Assembly (NCBI GenBank): GCA_964016885.1
Contig: OZ024743.1
Span: 130,448,001-130,512,000 of the forward strand
From: Eledone cirrhosa
Lineage: Eukaryota
Length of the DNA: 64,000 nt
Direction: 5' to 3'
Shown here: positions 12,601 to 25,900 of the stretch, piece after piece
Layout of the letters: the number at the start of each line of letters is the position of its first letter
Numbering within the stretch: the stretch's first letter is position 1
Notes under the pieces: generated by a model
The model's input: the letters and a program-made list of their open reading frames with translations, nothing else
Database searches by the model: none
What the model was told of the DNA's origin: nothing
Made by a program: the position numbers and the translations under genes

Positions 12601-15600
12601 CTTGGTGCTTGCTGTTTGGTGGTTGGTGCTTGGTGTTTGGTGTTTGGTGTTTGGTGCTTGGTGCTTGGTGTTTGGTCCTTGGTGCTTGGTGCTTGGTCAT
12701 TGCTGCTTGGGGTTTGGTGTTTGGTGCTTGGTGCTTGGTGCTTGGTGTTTGGTGCTTGGTGCTTGGTGCTTGGTGTTTGGTGTTTGGTGCTTGCTGCTTG
12801 GTGCTTGGTGCTTGGTGTTTGGTGATTGGTGCTTGGTGCTTGGTGTTTGGCGTTTGCTGTTTGCTGTTTGCTGTTTGGTGTTTGCTGTTTGGTGTTTGCT
12901 GTTTGGTGTTTGGTGCTTGGTGCTTGGTGGCTGGTGTTTGGTGCTTGGTGTTTGGATTTTGGTGCTTGGTGCTTGGTGCCTGGTGTTTCGTGCTTGGTGC
13001 TTGGTGCTTGGTGTTTGGTGTTTGGTGCTTGGTGTTTGGTGTTTGGTACTTGGTGCTTGGTGCTTGGTGCTTGGTGTTTGGTGCTTGGTGCTTGGTGATT
13101 GGTGTTTGATGCTGCGTGTCTTGGTGTTTGGTGTTTGGTGCTTGGTGCTTGGTGTTTGGTGTTTGGAGCTTGGTGCCTGGTGCTTGTTGTTTGGTGCCTG
13201 GTGCTTGTTTTTTGGTGTTTGGTGTTTGGTGCTTGGTGTTTGGTGCTTGGTGCTTGGTGCTTGGTGTTTGGTGCTTGGTGCTTGGTGGTTGGTGCTTGGT
13301 GTTAGGTGTTTGGTGCTTGGTGCTTGGTGTTTGATGTTTGGTCCCTGGTGCTTGGTGTTTGGTGTTTGGTGCTTGGTGCTTGGTGTTTGGTGTTTGGTGC
13401 TTGCTGCTTGGTGCTTGGTGTTTTGTGTTTGGAGTTTAGTGTTGGTGTTTGGTGCTTCGGTCTTGGTGCTTGGTGTTTGGTGCTTGGTGCTTGGTGTTTG
13501 GTGCTTGGTGCCTGGTGCTTGGTGTTTGGTGCTTGGTGCTTGGTGTTTGGTGATTGGTGCTTGGTGTTTGGTGCTTGGTGCTTGGTGCTTGGTGCTTGGT
13601 GTTAGGTGTTTGGTGCTTGGTGCTTGGTGTTTGATGTTTGGTGCTTGGTGCTTGGTGTTTGGTGTTTGGTTCTTGGTGCTTGGTGTTTGGTGTTTGGTGC
13701 TTGCTGCTTGCTGCTTGGTGTTTGGTGCTTGGTGATTGGTGCTTGGTGTTTTGTGCTTGGTGCTTGGTGTTTGGTGCTTGGTGCTTGCTGTTTGGTGTTT
13801 GGTGCTTGGTGCGTTGGACTTAGTGTTTGGTGTTTGGTGCTTGGTGTTTGGTGCTTGGTGTTTGGGGCTTGGTGTTCGGTGCTTGGTGCTTGGTGCTTGA
13901 GGCTTGGTGTTTGGTGTTTGGTGCTTGGTGCTTGGTGTTTGATGTTGGGTCCTTGGTGCTTGGTGTTTGGTCTTTGGTGCTTGGTGTTTGGTGTTTGGTG
14001 CTTGGTGCTTGATGTTTGGTGTTTGGTGCTTGGTGCTTGGGGCTTGGTGTTTGGTGCTTGGTGCTTGGTGTTTGGTGTTTGGTGCTTGGTGCTTGGGGCT
14101 TGGTGTCTGGTGCTTGGTGCTTGGAGCTTGGTGTTTAGTGTTTGGTGTTTGGTGCTTGGTGTTTGGTGCTTGGTGCTTGGTGCTGGGTGGTTGGTGTTTG
14201 GTGCTTGGTGCTTGGTGTTTGGTGCTTGGTGCTTGGTGCTTGTTGTTTGGTGCTTGGTGCTTGGTGCTTGGTCTTTGGTGCTTGGAGTTTGGTGGTTGGT
14301 GCTTGGTGCTTGGTGTTTGGTGTTTGGTGTTTGGTGTTTGCTGTTTGGTGTTTGGTGCTTGGTGCTTGGTGGCTGGTGTTTGGTGCTTGGTGTTTGGATT
14401 TTGGTGCTTGGTGCTTGGTGCCTGGTGTTTCGTGCTTGGTGCTTGGTGCTTGGTGTTTGGTGTTTGGTGCTTGGTGTTTGGTGTTTGGTACTTGGTGCTT
14501 GGTGCTTGGTGCTTGGTGTTTGGTGCTTGGTGCTTGGTGATTGGTGTTTGATGCTGCGTGTCTTGGTGTTTGGTGTTTGGTGCTTGGTGCTTGGTGTTTG
14601 GTGTTTGGAGCTTGGTGCCTGGTGTTTGCTGTTTGGTGTCTGCTTTTTGGTGTTTGGTGTTTGCTGTATGGTGTTTGCTGTTTCGTATTTGGTTTTTGCT
14701 GTTTGGTGTTTGGTGTTTGCTGTTTGGTGTTTGGTGTTTGGTGCTTGGTGCTTGGTCTTTGGTGCTTGGGGTTTGGTGTTTGGTGCTTGGTGCTTGGTGT
14801 TTGGTGCCTGGTGCTTGGTGCTTGGTTCTTGGCGTTTGCTGTTTGCTGTTTGCTGTTTGGTGCTTGCTGTTTGGTGTTTGGTGTTTGGTGTTTGGTGTTT
14901 GGTGCTTGCTGTTTGGTGTTTGGTGCTTGGTGCTTGGTGATTAGTGTTTGGTGCATGGTCCTTGGTGTTTGTTGTTTGGTGCTTGGTGCTTGGTGTTTGG
15001 TGCTTGGTACTTGCTGTTTGGTGCTTGGTGCTTGGTGTTTGGTGTTTGATGTTTGGTGCTTGGTGCTTGGTGTTTGGTGCTTGGTGCCTGGTGCTGGGTG
15101 TTTGGTGCTTGGTGCTTGGTGTTTGGTGCTTTGTGCTTGGTGCTTGGTGCTTGGTGTTTGGTCCTTGGTGCTTGGTGCTTGGTCTTTGGTGCTTGGGGTT
15201 TGGTGTTTGGTGCTTGGTGCTTGGTGTTTGGTGCTTGGTGCTAGGTGCTTGGTGCTTGGTGCTTGGTGTTTGGTGTTTGGTGCTTACTGCTTGGTGCTTG
15301 GTGTTTGGTGCTTGGTGCTTGCTGTTTGGTGTTTGGTGTTTGGTGCTTGGTGCTTGGTGTTTGGTGTTTGGTGTTTGGTGATTGGTGTTTGGTGCTTGGT
15401 GCTTGGTGTTTGGTGCTTGGTGCTTGGTGCTTGTTGTTTGGTGTTTGGTGCTTGGTGCCTGGTGCTTGTTGTTTGGTGTTTGGTGCTTAGTGCTTGGTGT
15501 TTGGTGTTTGGTGCTTGGTGCTTGGTGGATGGTGTTTGGTGCTTGGTGTTTGGTGTTTGGTGCTTGGTGCTTGGTGCCTGGTGTTTGGTGCCTGGTGCTT

Positions 15601-18600
15601 GGTGCATGGTGTTTGGTGTTTGGCGCTTGGTGTTTGGTGTTTGGTACTTGGTGCTTGGTGCTTGGTGCTTGGTGTTTGGTGCTTGGTGCTTGGTGCTGGG
15701 TGATTAGTGTTTGGTGCTTGGTGCTTGGGGTTTGCTGTTTGGTGCTTGGTGCTTGGTGTTTGGTGCTTGGTGTTTTGTGTTTGGTGTTTGGTGCTTGGTG
15801 TATGTACTTGGTGCTTGGTGCTTGGTGTTTGGTGCTTGGTGCTTGGTGTTTTGTGTTTGGTGTTTGGTGCTTGGTGTATGTACTTGGTGCTTGGTGTTTG
15901 GTGTTTGGTGCATGGTGCTTGATGTTTGGGGCTTGGTGCCTGGTGCTTGGTGTTTGGTGCTTGGTGCTTGGTGCTTGGTGTTTGGTGTTTGGTGCTTGGT
16001 GCTTGGTGTTTGGTGCTTGGTGTTTGGTGCTTGGTGTTCGGTGCTTGGTGCTTGGTGCTTGGTACTTGGTGTTAGGTTTTTGGTGCTTGGTGCTCGGTGT
16101 TTGATGTTTGGTCCTTGGTGCTTGGTGTTTGGTGTTTGGTGCTTGGTGCTTGGTGTTTCGTGTTTGGTGCTTGCTGCTTGCTGCTTGGTGTTTGGTGCTT
16201 GGTGATTGGTGCTTGGTGTTTGGTGCTTGGTGCTTGGTGCTTGGTGTTTGGTGTTTGGTGCTAGGTGCTTGGTGCTTGGTGCTTGGTGTTTGGTGCTTGG
16301 TGCTTGGTGTTTGGTGTTTGGTGCTTGGTGCTTGGGGCTTGGTGTTTGGTGCTTGGTGCTTGCTGTTTGGTGCTTGGTGCTTGGTGCTTTGTGCTTGGTG
16401 CTTGGTGTTAGGTGCTTGGTGCTTGGTGCTGGGTGGTTGATGTTTGGTGCTTGGTGCTTGGTGTTTGGTGCTTGGTGCTTTGTGCTTATTGTTTGGTGCT
16501 TGGTGCTTGGTGCTTGGTCTTTGGTGCTTGGTGTTTGGTGTTTGTGCTTGGTGCTTGGTGCTTGGTGTTTGGTGCTAGGTGCTTGACGCTTGGTGTTTGG
16601 TGCTTGGTGCTTGGTGCTTGGTGATTAGTGTTCGGTGCTTGGGGTTTGGTGTTCGGTGTTTGCTGTTTGGTGTTTGCTGTTTGGTGTCTGCTGTTTGGTG
16701 TTTGGTGTTTGCTGTATGGTGTTTGTTGTTTTGTGTTTCGTGTTTGCTGTTTGGTATTGGGTGCTTGGTGCTTGGTGCTTGGTGCTTGGTGCTTGGTGGC
16801 TGGTGTTTGGTGCTTGGTGTTTGGATTTTGGTGCTTGGTGCTTGGTGCCTGGTGTTTCGTGCTTGGTGCTTGGTGCTTGGTGTTTGGTGTTTGGTGCTTG
16901 GTGTTTGGTGTTTGGTACTTGGTGCTTGGTGCTTGGTGCTTGGTGTTTGGTGTTTGGTGCTTGGTGCTTGGGGCTTGGTGTTTGGTGCTTGGTGCTTGGT
17001 GCTTGGTGTTTAGTGTTTGGTGTTTGGTGCTTGGTGTTTGGTGCTTGGTGCTTGGTGCTGGGTGGTTGGTGTTTGGTGCTTGGTGCTTGGTGTTTGGTGC
17101 TTGGTGCTTGGTGCTTGTTGTTTGGTGCTTGGTGCTTGGTGCTTGGTCTTTGGTGCTTGGAGTTTGGTTGTTGGTGCTTGGTGCTTGGTGTTTGGGGTTT
17201 GGTGTTTGCTGTTTGGTGTTTGCTGTTTGGTGTCTGCTTTTTGGTGTTTGGTGTTTGCTGTATGGTGTTTGCTGTTTCGTATTTGGCTTTTGCTGTTTGG
17301 TGTTTGGTGTTTGCTGTTTGGTGTATGGTGTTTGGTGTTTGGTGCTTTGTGCTTGGTGCTTGGTGTTTGGCATTTGGTGCTTGGTGCTTGGTGTTTGGTG
17401 CTTGGTGCTTGGTGCTTGGTGTTTGGTGTTTGGTGCTTGGTGCCTGGTGCTTGTTGTTTGGTGTTTGGTGCTTAGTGCTTGGTGTTTGGTGTTTGGTGCT
17501 TGGTGCTTGGTGGCTGGTGTTTGGTGCTTGGTGTTTGGTGTTTGGTGCTTGGTGCTTGGTGCCTGGTGTTTGGTGCCTGGTGCTTGGTGCTTGGTGTTTG
17601 GTATTTGGTGCTTGGTGTTTGGTGTTTGGTCCTTGGTGCTTGGTGCTTGGTCTTTGCTGCTTGGGGTTTGGTGTTTGGTGCTTGGTGCTTGGTGTTTGGT
17701 GCCTGGTGCTTGGTGCTTGGTGTTTGGTGTTTAATGCTTGGTGCTTGGTGCTTGGTGTTTGGTGCTTGGTGCTTGGTGCTTGGTGTTTGGCGTTTGCTGT
17801 TTGCTGTTTGCTGTTTGGTGCTTGCTGTTTGGTGTTTGGTGTTTGGTGTTTGGTGTTTGGTGCTTGGTGATTAATGTTTGGTGCATGGTCCTTGGTGTTT
17901 GTTGTTTGGTGCTTGGTGCTTGGTGTTTGGTGCTTGGTGCTTGCTGTTTTGTGGTTGGTGCTTGGTGTTTGGTGTTTGGTGTTTGGTGCTTGGTGCTTGG
18001 TGTTTGGTGTTTGGTGCTTGCTGCTTGGTGCTTGGTGCTTGGTGTTTGGTGCTTGGTGCTTGGTGCTTGGTGTTTGGCGTTTGCTGTTTGCTGTTTGGTG
18101 TTTGGTGTTTGCTGTTTGGTGTTTGCTGTTTGGTGTTTGGTGCTTGGTGCTTGGTGGCTGGTGTTTGGTGCTTGGTGTTTGGATTTTGGTTCTTGGTGCT
18201 TGGTGCCTGGTGTTTCGTGCTTGGTGCTTGGTGCTTGGTGTTTGGTGTTTTGTGCTTGGTGTTTGGTGTTTGGTACTTGGTGCTTGGTGCTTGGTGCTTG
18301 GTGGTTGGTGCTTGGTGCTTGGTGATTGGTGTTTGATGCTGCGTGCTTGGTGTTTGGTGTTTGGTGCTTGGTGCTTGGTGTTTGGTGTTTGGAGCTTGGT
18401 GCCTGGTGCTTGTTGTTTGGTGCCTGGTGCTTGTTGTTTGGTGCTTGGTGCTTGGTGGTTGGTGCTTGGTGTTAGGTGTTTGGTGCTTGGTGCTTGGTGT
18501 TTGATGTTTGGTCCCTGGTGCTTGGTGTTTGGTGTTTGGTGCTTGGTGCTTGGTGTTTGGTGTTTGGTGCTTGCTGCTTGGTGCTTGGTGTTTTGTGTTT

Positions 18601-19977
18601 GGAGTTTGGTGCTTGGTGTTTGGTGCTTCGGTCTTGGTGCTTGGTGTTTTGTGCTTGGTGCTTGGTGTTTGGTGCTTGGTGCCTGGTGCTTGGTGTTTGG
18701 TGCTTGGTGCTTGGTGTTTGGTGATTGGTGCTTGGTGTTTGGTGCTTGGTGCTTGGTGCTTGGTGCTTGGTGTTAGGTGTTTGGTGCTTGGTGCTTGGTG
18801 TTTGATGTTTGGTGCTTGGTGCTTGGTGTTTGGTGTTTGGTGCTTGGTGCTTGGTGTTAGGTGTTTGGTGCTTGCTGCTTGCTGCTTGGTGTTTGGTGCT
18901 TGGTGATTGGTGCTTGGCGTTTTGTGCTTGGTGCTTGGTGTTTGGTGTTTGGTGCTAGGGGCTTGGTGCTTGGTGCTTGGTGTTTGGTGCTTGGTGCTTG
19001 CTGTTTGGTGTTTGGTGCTTGGTGCGTGGGACTTAGTGTTTGGTGTTTGGTGCTTGGTGTTTGGTGATTGGTGTTTGGGGCTTGGTGTTCGGTGCTTGGT
19101 GCTTGGTGCTTGGGGCTTGGTGTTTGGTGTTTGGTGCTTGGTGCTTGGTGTTTGATGTTGGGTCCTTGGTGCTTGGTGTTTGGTCTTTGGTGCTTGGTAT
19201 TTGGTGTTTGGTGCTTGGTGCTTGATGTTTGGTGTTTGGTGCTTGGTGCTTGGGGCTTGGTGTTTGGTGCCTGGGGCTTGGTGTTTGGTGTTTGGTGCTT
19301 GGTGCTTGGGGCTTGGTGTCTGGTGCTTGGTGCTTGGTGCTTGGTGTTTAGTGTTTGGTGTTTGGTGCTTGGTGTTTGGTGCTTGGTGCTTGGTGCTGGG
19401 TGGTTGGTGTTTGGTGCTTGGTGCTTGGTGTTTGGTGCTTGGTGCTTGGTGCTTGTTGTTTGGTGCTTGGTGCTTGGTGCTTGGTCTTTGGTGCTTGGAG
19501 TTTGGTGGTTGGTGCTTGGTGCTTGGTGTTTGGTGCCTGGTGCTTGGTGCTTCGTGTTTGGCGTTTGCTGTTTGCTGTTTGCTGTTTGGTGCTTGCTGTT
19601 TGGTGTTTGGTGTTTGGTGTTTGGTGTTTGGTGTTTGCTGTTTGCTGTATGGTGTTTGCTGTTTCGTATTTGGTTTTTGCTGTTTGGTGTTTGGTGTTTG
19701 CTGTTTGGTGTTTAGTGTTTGGTGCATGGTCCTTGGTGTTTGTTGTTTGGTGCTTGGTGCTTGGTGTTTGGTGCTTGGTGCTTGCTGTTTGGTGCTTGGT
19801 GCTTGGTGTTTGGTGTTTGGTGTTTGGTGCCTGGTGCTTGGTGTTTGGTGCTTGGTGCTTGGTGCTGGGTGTTTGTTGCTTGGTGCTTGGTGTTTGGTGC
19901 TTGGTGCTTGGTGCTTGGTGCTTGGTGCTTGGTGTTTGGTCCTTGGTGCTTGGTGCTTGGTCTTTGGTGCTTGGGGT

Positions 19978-22900
19978 TTGGTGTTTGGTTATTGGTGCTT
20001 GGTGTTTGGTGGTTGGTGTTTGGTGCTTGCTGCTTGGTGCTTGGTGTTTGATGCTTGGTGCTTGGTGTTTGGTGTTTGGTGCTTGGTGCGTGGGACTTGG
20101 TGTTTGGTGCTTGGTGTTTGGTGCTTGGTGTTTGGTGCTTGGTGCTTGGTGCTTGGTGTTTGGTGTTTGATGCTTGCTGCCTGGTGCTTGGTGTTTTGTG
20201 TTTGGAGCTTGGTGCTTGGTGTTTGGTGCTTCGGTCTTGGTGCTTGGTGTTTGGTGCTTGGTGCTTGGTGTTTGGTGCTTGGTGCCTGGTGCTTGGTGTT
20301 TGGTGCTTGGTGCTTGGTGTTTGGTGATTGGTGCTTGGTGTTTGGTGCTTGGTGCTTGGTGCTTGGTGCTTGGTGTTAGGTGTTTGGTGGTTGATGCTTG
20401 GTGTTTGTTGTTTGGTCCTTGGTGCTTGGTGTTTGGTGCTTGGTGCTTGGTGATTGGTGTTTGGTGTTTGGTGCTTGCTGCTTGCTGCTTGGTGTTTGGT
20501 GCTTGGTGATTGGTGCTTGGTGTTTTGTGCTTGGTGCTTGGTGTTTGGTGTTTGGTGCTAGGGGCTTGGTGCTTGGTGCTTGGTGTTTGGTGCTTGGTGC
20601 TTGCTGTTTGTTGTTTGGTGCTTGGTGCGTGGGACTTAGTGTTTGATGTTTGGTGCTTGGTGTTTGGTGCTTGGTGTTTGGGGCTTGGTGTTCGGTGCTT
20701 GGTGCTTGGTGCTTGGGGCTTGGTGTTTGGTGTTTGGTGCTAGGTGCTTGGTGTTTGATGTTGGGTCCTTGGTGCTTGGTGTTTGGTGTTTGGTGCTTGG
20801 TTTTTGGTGTTTGGTGCTTGGTGCTTGATGTTTGGTGTTTGGTGCTTGGTGCTTGGGGCTTGGTGTTTGGTGCTTGGTGCTTGGTGTTTGGTGTTTGGTA
20901 CTTGGTGCTTGGGGCTTGGTGTTTGGTGCTTGGTGCTTGGTGCTTGGTGTTTAGTGTTTGGTGTTTGGTGCTTGGTGTTTGGTGCTTGGTGCTTGGTGCT
21001 GGGTGGTTGGTGTTTGGTGCTTGGTGCTTGGTGTTTGGTGCTTGGTGCTTGGTGCTTGGTCTTTGGTGCTTGGAGTATGGTGGTTGGTGCTTGGTGCTTG
21101 GTGTTTGGTGTTTGGTGTTTGCTGTTTGGTGTTTGCTGTTTGGTGTCTGCTTTTTGGTGTTTGGTGTTTGCTGTATGGTGTTTGCTGTTTCGTATTTGGT
21201 TTTTGCTGTTTGGTGTTTGGTGTTTGCTGTTTGGTGTTTGGTGTTTGGTGTTTGGTGCTTTGTGCTTGGTGCTTGGTGTTTGGCATTTGGTGCTTGGTGC
21301 TTGGTGTTTGGTGCTTGGTGCTTGGTGTTTGGTGTTTGGTGCTTGGTGCCTGGTGCTTGTTGTATGCTGTTTGGTGCTTGGTGCTTGGTGTTTGGTGTTT
21401 GCTGCTTGGTGTCTGGTGTTTGGTGCTTGGTGTTTGGTGTTTGGTGCTTGGTGCTTGGTGCTTGGTATTTGGTGTTTGATGCTTGGTGCTTGGTGATTGT
21501 TGTTTGGTGCTGGGTGCTTGGAGTTTGGTGCTTGGTGCTTGGTGCTTAGTGCTTGGTGTTTGGTGTTTGGTGCTTGGTGTTGGGTTTTTGGTGTTTGATG
21601 CTTGGTGTGTGCTGCTTGGTGCTTGGTGCTTGGTGTTTTGTGTTTGGTGCTTGGTGCTTGGTGCCTGGTGCTTGGTGCTTGGTGCTTGTTGTTTGGTGCT
21701 TGGTGCTTGGTGATTAGTGTTTGGTGCTTGGTGCTTGGGGTTTGCTGTTTGGTGCTTGGTGCTTGGTGTTTGGTGCTTGGTGCTTGGTGTTTGGTGTTTG
21801 GTGCTTGGTGCTTGGTGTTTGGGTTTTGGTGCTTGGTGCTTGGTGTTTGGTGTTTGGTGCTTGGTGTTTGGTGCTTGGTGTTTGGTGCTGAGTGCTTGGT
21901 GTTTGGTGTTTGACGCTTGGTGTTTGATGCTTGTTGCTTGGTGCTTGGTGTTTTGTGTTTGGTGTTTGGTGCTTGGTGTATGTACTTGGTGCTTGGTTCT
22001 TGGTGTTTGGTGCTTGGTTCTTGGTGTTTGGTGATTGGTGCTTGGTGCATGGTGTTTGGTGCTTGGTGCTTGGTGTTTGGTACTTGGTGCTTGGTGCTTG
22101 GTTTTTGATGCTTGGTGTTTGATGCTTGGTGCTTGGTGCTTGGTGTTAAGTGTTTGGGGCTTGGTGCTTGGTGCATGGTGCTTGGTGTTTGGTGCTTGGT
22201 GCCTGGTGCTTGGTGTTTGGTGCTTGGTGCTTGGTGCTTGGTGTTTGGTGCTTGGTATTTGGTGCTTGGTGCTTGGTGTTTGGTGCTTGGTGTTTGGTGC
22301 TTGGTGTTCGGTGCTTGGTGCTTGGTGTTTGGTGCTTGGTGTTAGGTGATTGGTGCTTGGTGCTTGGTGTTTGATGTTTGATCCTTGGTGCTTGATGTTT
22401 GGTGCTTGGTGCTTGGTGTTTGGTGTTTGGTGCTTGCTGCTTGCTGCTTGGTGTTTGGTGCTTGGTGATTGGTGCTTGGTGTTGGGTACTTGGTGCTTGT
22501 TGTTTGGTGTTTGGTGCTAGGTGCTTGGTGCTTGGTGCTTGGGGTTTGGTGCTTGGTGCTTGGTGTTTGGTGTTTGGTGCTTGGTGCTTGGGGCTTGGTG
22601 TTTGGTGCTTTGTGCTTGGTGCTTGGTGTTTGGTGATTGGTGTTTGCTGTTTGGTGTTTGCTGTTTGGTGTCTGCTTTTTGGTGTTTGGTGTTTGCTGTA
22701 TGGTGTTTGCTGTTTCGTATTTGGTTTTTGCTGTTTGGTGTTTGGTGTTTGCTGTTTGGTGTTTGGTGTTTGGTGTTTGGTGCTTTGTGCTTGGTGCTTG
22801 GTGTTTGGCATTTGGTGCTTGGTGCTTGGTGTTTGGTGCTTGGTGCTTGGTGTTTGGTGTTTGGTGCTTGGTGCCTGGTGCTTGTTGTATGCTGTTTGGT

Positions 22901-25900
22901 GCCTGGTGCTTGGTGTTTGGTGTTTGGTGTTTGGTGCTTGGTGTCTGGTGTTTGGTGTTTGGTGTTTGGTGCTTGCTGCTTGGTGTTTGGGTTTTGGTGC
23001 TTGGTGCTTGGTGTTTGGTGTTTGGTGCTTGGTGTTTGGTGCTTGGTGTTTGGTGCTGAGTGCTTGGTGTTTTGTGCTTGGTGCGTGGTGCTTGGTGTTT
23101 GGTGTTTGGTGCTTGGTGCTTGGTGTTTGGTGTTTGATGCTTGGTGTTTGATGCTTGTTGCTTGGTGCTTGGTGTTTTGTGTTTGGTGTTTGGTGCTTGG
23201 TGTATGTACTTGGTGCTTGGTTCTTGGTGTTTGGTGCTTGGTTCTTGGTGTTTGGTGATTGGTGCTTGGGGCCTGGTGTTTGGTGCTTGGTGCTTGGTGT
23301 TTGGTACTTGGTGCTTGGTGTTTGGTTTTTGATGCTTGGTGTTTGATGCTTGGTGCTTGGTGCTTGGTGTTAAGTGTTTGGGGCTTGGTGCTTGTTGCAT
23401 GGTGCTTGGTGTTTGGTGCTTGGTGCCTGGTGCTTGGTGCTTGGTATTTGGTGCTTGGTGCTTGGTGTTTGGTGCTTGGTGTTTGGTGCTTGGTGTTCGG
23501 TGCTTGGTGCTTGGTGTTTGGTGCTTGGTGTTAGGTGATTGGTGCTTGGTGCTTGGTGTTTTATGTTTGATCCTTGGTGCTTGGTGTTTGGTGCTTGGTG
23601 CTTGGTGTTTGGTGTTTGGTGCTTGGTGCCTGGTGCTTGTTGTATGCTGTTTGGTGCTTGGTGCTTGGTGTTTGGTGTTTGCTGCTTGTTGTCTGGTGTT
23701 TGGTGCTTGGTGTTTGGTGTTTGGTGCTTGGTGCTTGGTGCTTGGTATTTGGTGTTTGGTGCTTGGTGCTTGGTGTTTGTTGTTTGGTGCTGGGTGCTTG
23801 GAGTTTGGTCCTTGGTGCTTGGTGCTTAGTGCTTGGTGTTTGGTGTTTGGTGCTTGGTGTTGGGTGTTTGGTGTTTGATGCTTGGTTTGTGCTGCTTGGT
23901 GCTTGGTGCTTGGTGTTTTTTGTTTGGTGCTTGGTGCTTGGTGCCTGGTGCTTGGTGCTTGGTGCTTGTTGTTTGGTGCTTGGTGCTTGGTGATTAGTGT
24001 TTGGTGCTTGGTGCTTGGGGTTTGCTGTTTGGTGCTTGGTGCTTGGTGTTTGGTGTTTGGTGTTTGGTGCTTGGTGTCTGGTGTTTGGTGTTTGGTGTTT
24101 GGTGCTTGGTGCTTGGTGTTTGGGTTTTGGTGCTTGGTGCTTGGTGTTTGGTGTTTGGTGCTTGGTGTTTGGTGCTTGGTGTTTGGTGCTGAGTGCTTGG
24201 TGTTTTGTGCTTGGTGCGTGGTGCTTGGTGTTTGGTGTTTGGCGCTTGGTGCTTGGTGTTTGGTGTTTGATGCTTGGTGTTTGATGCTTGTTGCTTGGTG
24301 CTTGGTGTTTTGTGTTTGGTGTTTCGTGCTTGGTGTATGTACTTGTTGCTTGGTTCTTGGTGTTTGGTGCTTGGTTCTTGGTGTTTGGTGATTGGTGCTT
24401 GGTGCTTGGTGTTTGGTGCTTGGTGCTTGGTGTTTGGTACTTGGTGCTTGGTGTTTGGTTTTTGATGCTTGGTGTTTGATGCTTGGTGCTTGGTGCTTGG
24501 TGTTTAAGTGTTTGGTGCTTGGTGCTTGGTCTTTGGTGCTTGGGGTTTGGTGTTTGGTTATTGGTGCTTGGTGTTTGGTGGTTGGTGGTTGGTGCTTGGT
24601 GTTTGGTGTTTGGTGCTTGCTGCTTGGTGCTTGGTGTTTGATGCTTGGTGCTTGGTGTTTGGTGTTTGGTGCTTGGTGCGTGGGACTTGGTGTTTGGTGC
24701 TTGGTGTTTGGTGCTTGGTGTTTGGTGCTTGGTGCTTGGTGCTTGGTGTTTGGTGTTTGATGCTTGCTGCCTGGTGCTTGGTGTTTTGTGTTTGGAGCTT
24801 GGTGCTTGGTGTTTGGTGCTTCGGTCTTGGTGCTTGGTGTTTGGTGCTTGGTGCTTGGTGTTTGGTGCTTGGTGCCTGGTGCTTGGTGTTTGGTGCTTGG
24901 TGCTTGGTGTTTGGTGATTGGTGCTTGGTGTTTGGTGCTTGGTGCTTGGTGCTTGGTGCTTGGTGTTAGGTGTTTGGTGCATGATGCTTGGTGTTTGTTG
25001 TTTGGTCCTTGGTGCTTGGTGTTTGGTGCTTGGTGCTTGGTGATTGGTGTTTGGTGTTTGGTGCTTGCTGCTTGCTGCTTGGTGTTTGGTGCTTGGTGAT
25101 TGGTGCTTGGTGTTTTGTGCTTGGTGCTTGGTGTTTGGTGTTTGGTGCTAGGGGCTTGGTGCTTGGTGCTTGGTGTTTGGTGCTTGGTGCTTGCTGTTTG
25201 TTGTTTGGTGCTTGGTGCGTGGGACTTAGTGTTTGATGTTTGGTGCTTGGTGTTTGGTGCTTGGTGTTTGGGGCTTGGTGTTCGGTGCTTGGTGCTTGGT
25301 GCTTGGGGCTTGGTGTTTGGTGTTTGGTGCTAGGTGCTTGGTGTTTGATGTTGGGTCCTTGGTGCTTGGTGTTTGGTGTTTGGTGCTTGGTTTTTGGTGT
25401 TTGGTGCTTGGTGCTTGATGTTTGGTGTTTGGTGCTTGGTGCTTGGGGCTTGGTGTTTGGTGCTTGGTGCTTGGTGTTTGGTGTTTGGTACTTGGTGCTT
25501 GGGGCTTGGTGTTTGGTGCTTGGTGCTTGGTGCTTGGTGTTTAGTGTTTGGTGTTTGGTGCTTGGTGTTTGGTGCTTGGTGCTTGGTGCTGGGTGGTTGG
25601 TGTTTGGTGCTTGGTGCTTGGTGTTTGGTGCTTGGTGCTTGGTGCTTGGTGTTTGCTGTTTGGTGTCTGCTTTTTGGTGTTTGGTGTTTGCTGTATGGTG
25701 TTTGCTGTTTCGTATTTGGTTTTTGCTGTTTGGTGTTTGGTGTTTGCTGTTTGGTGTTTGGTGTTTGGTGTTTGGTGCTTTGTGCTTGGTGCTTGGTGTT
25801 TGGCATTTGGTGCTTGGTGCTTGGTGTTTGGTGCTTGGTGCTTGGTGTTTGGTGTTTGGTGCTTGGTGCCTGGTGCTTGTTGTATGCTGTTTGGTGCTTG

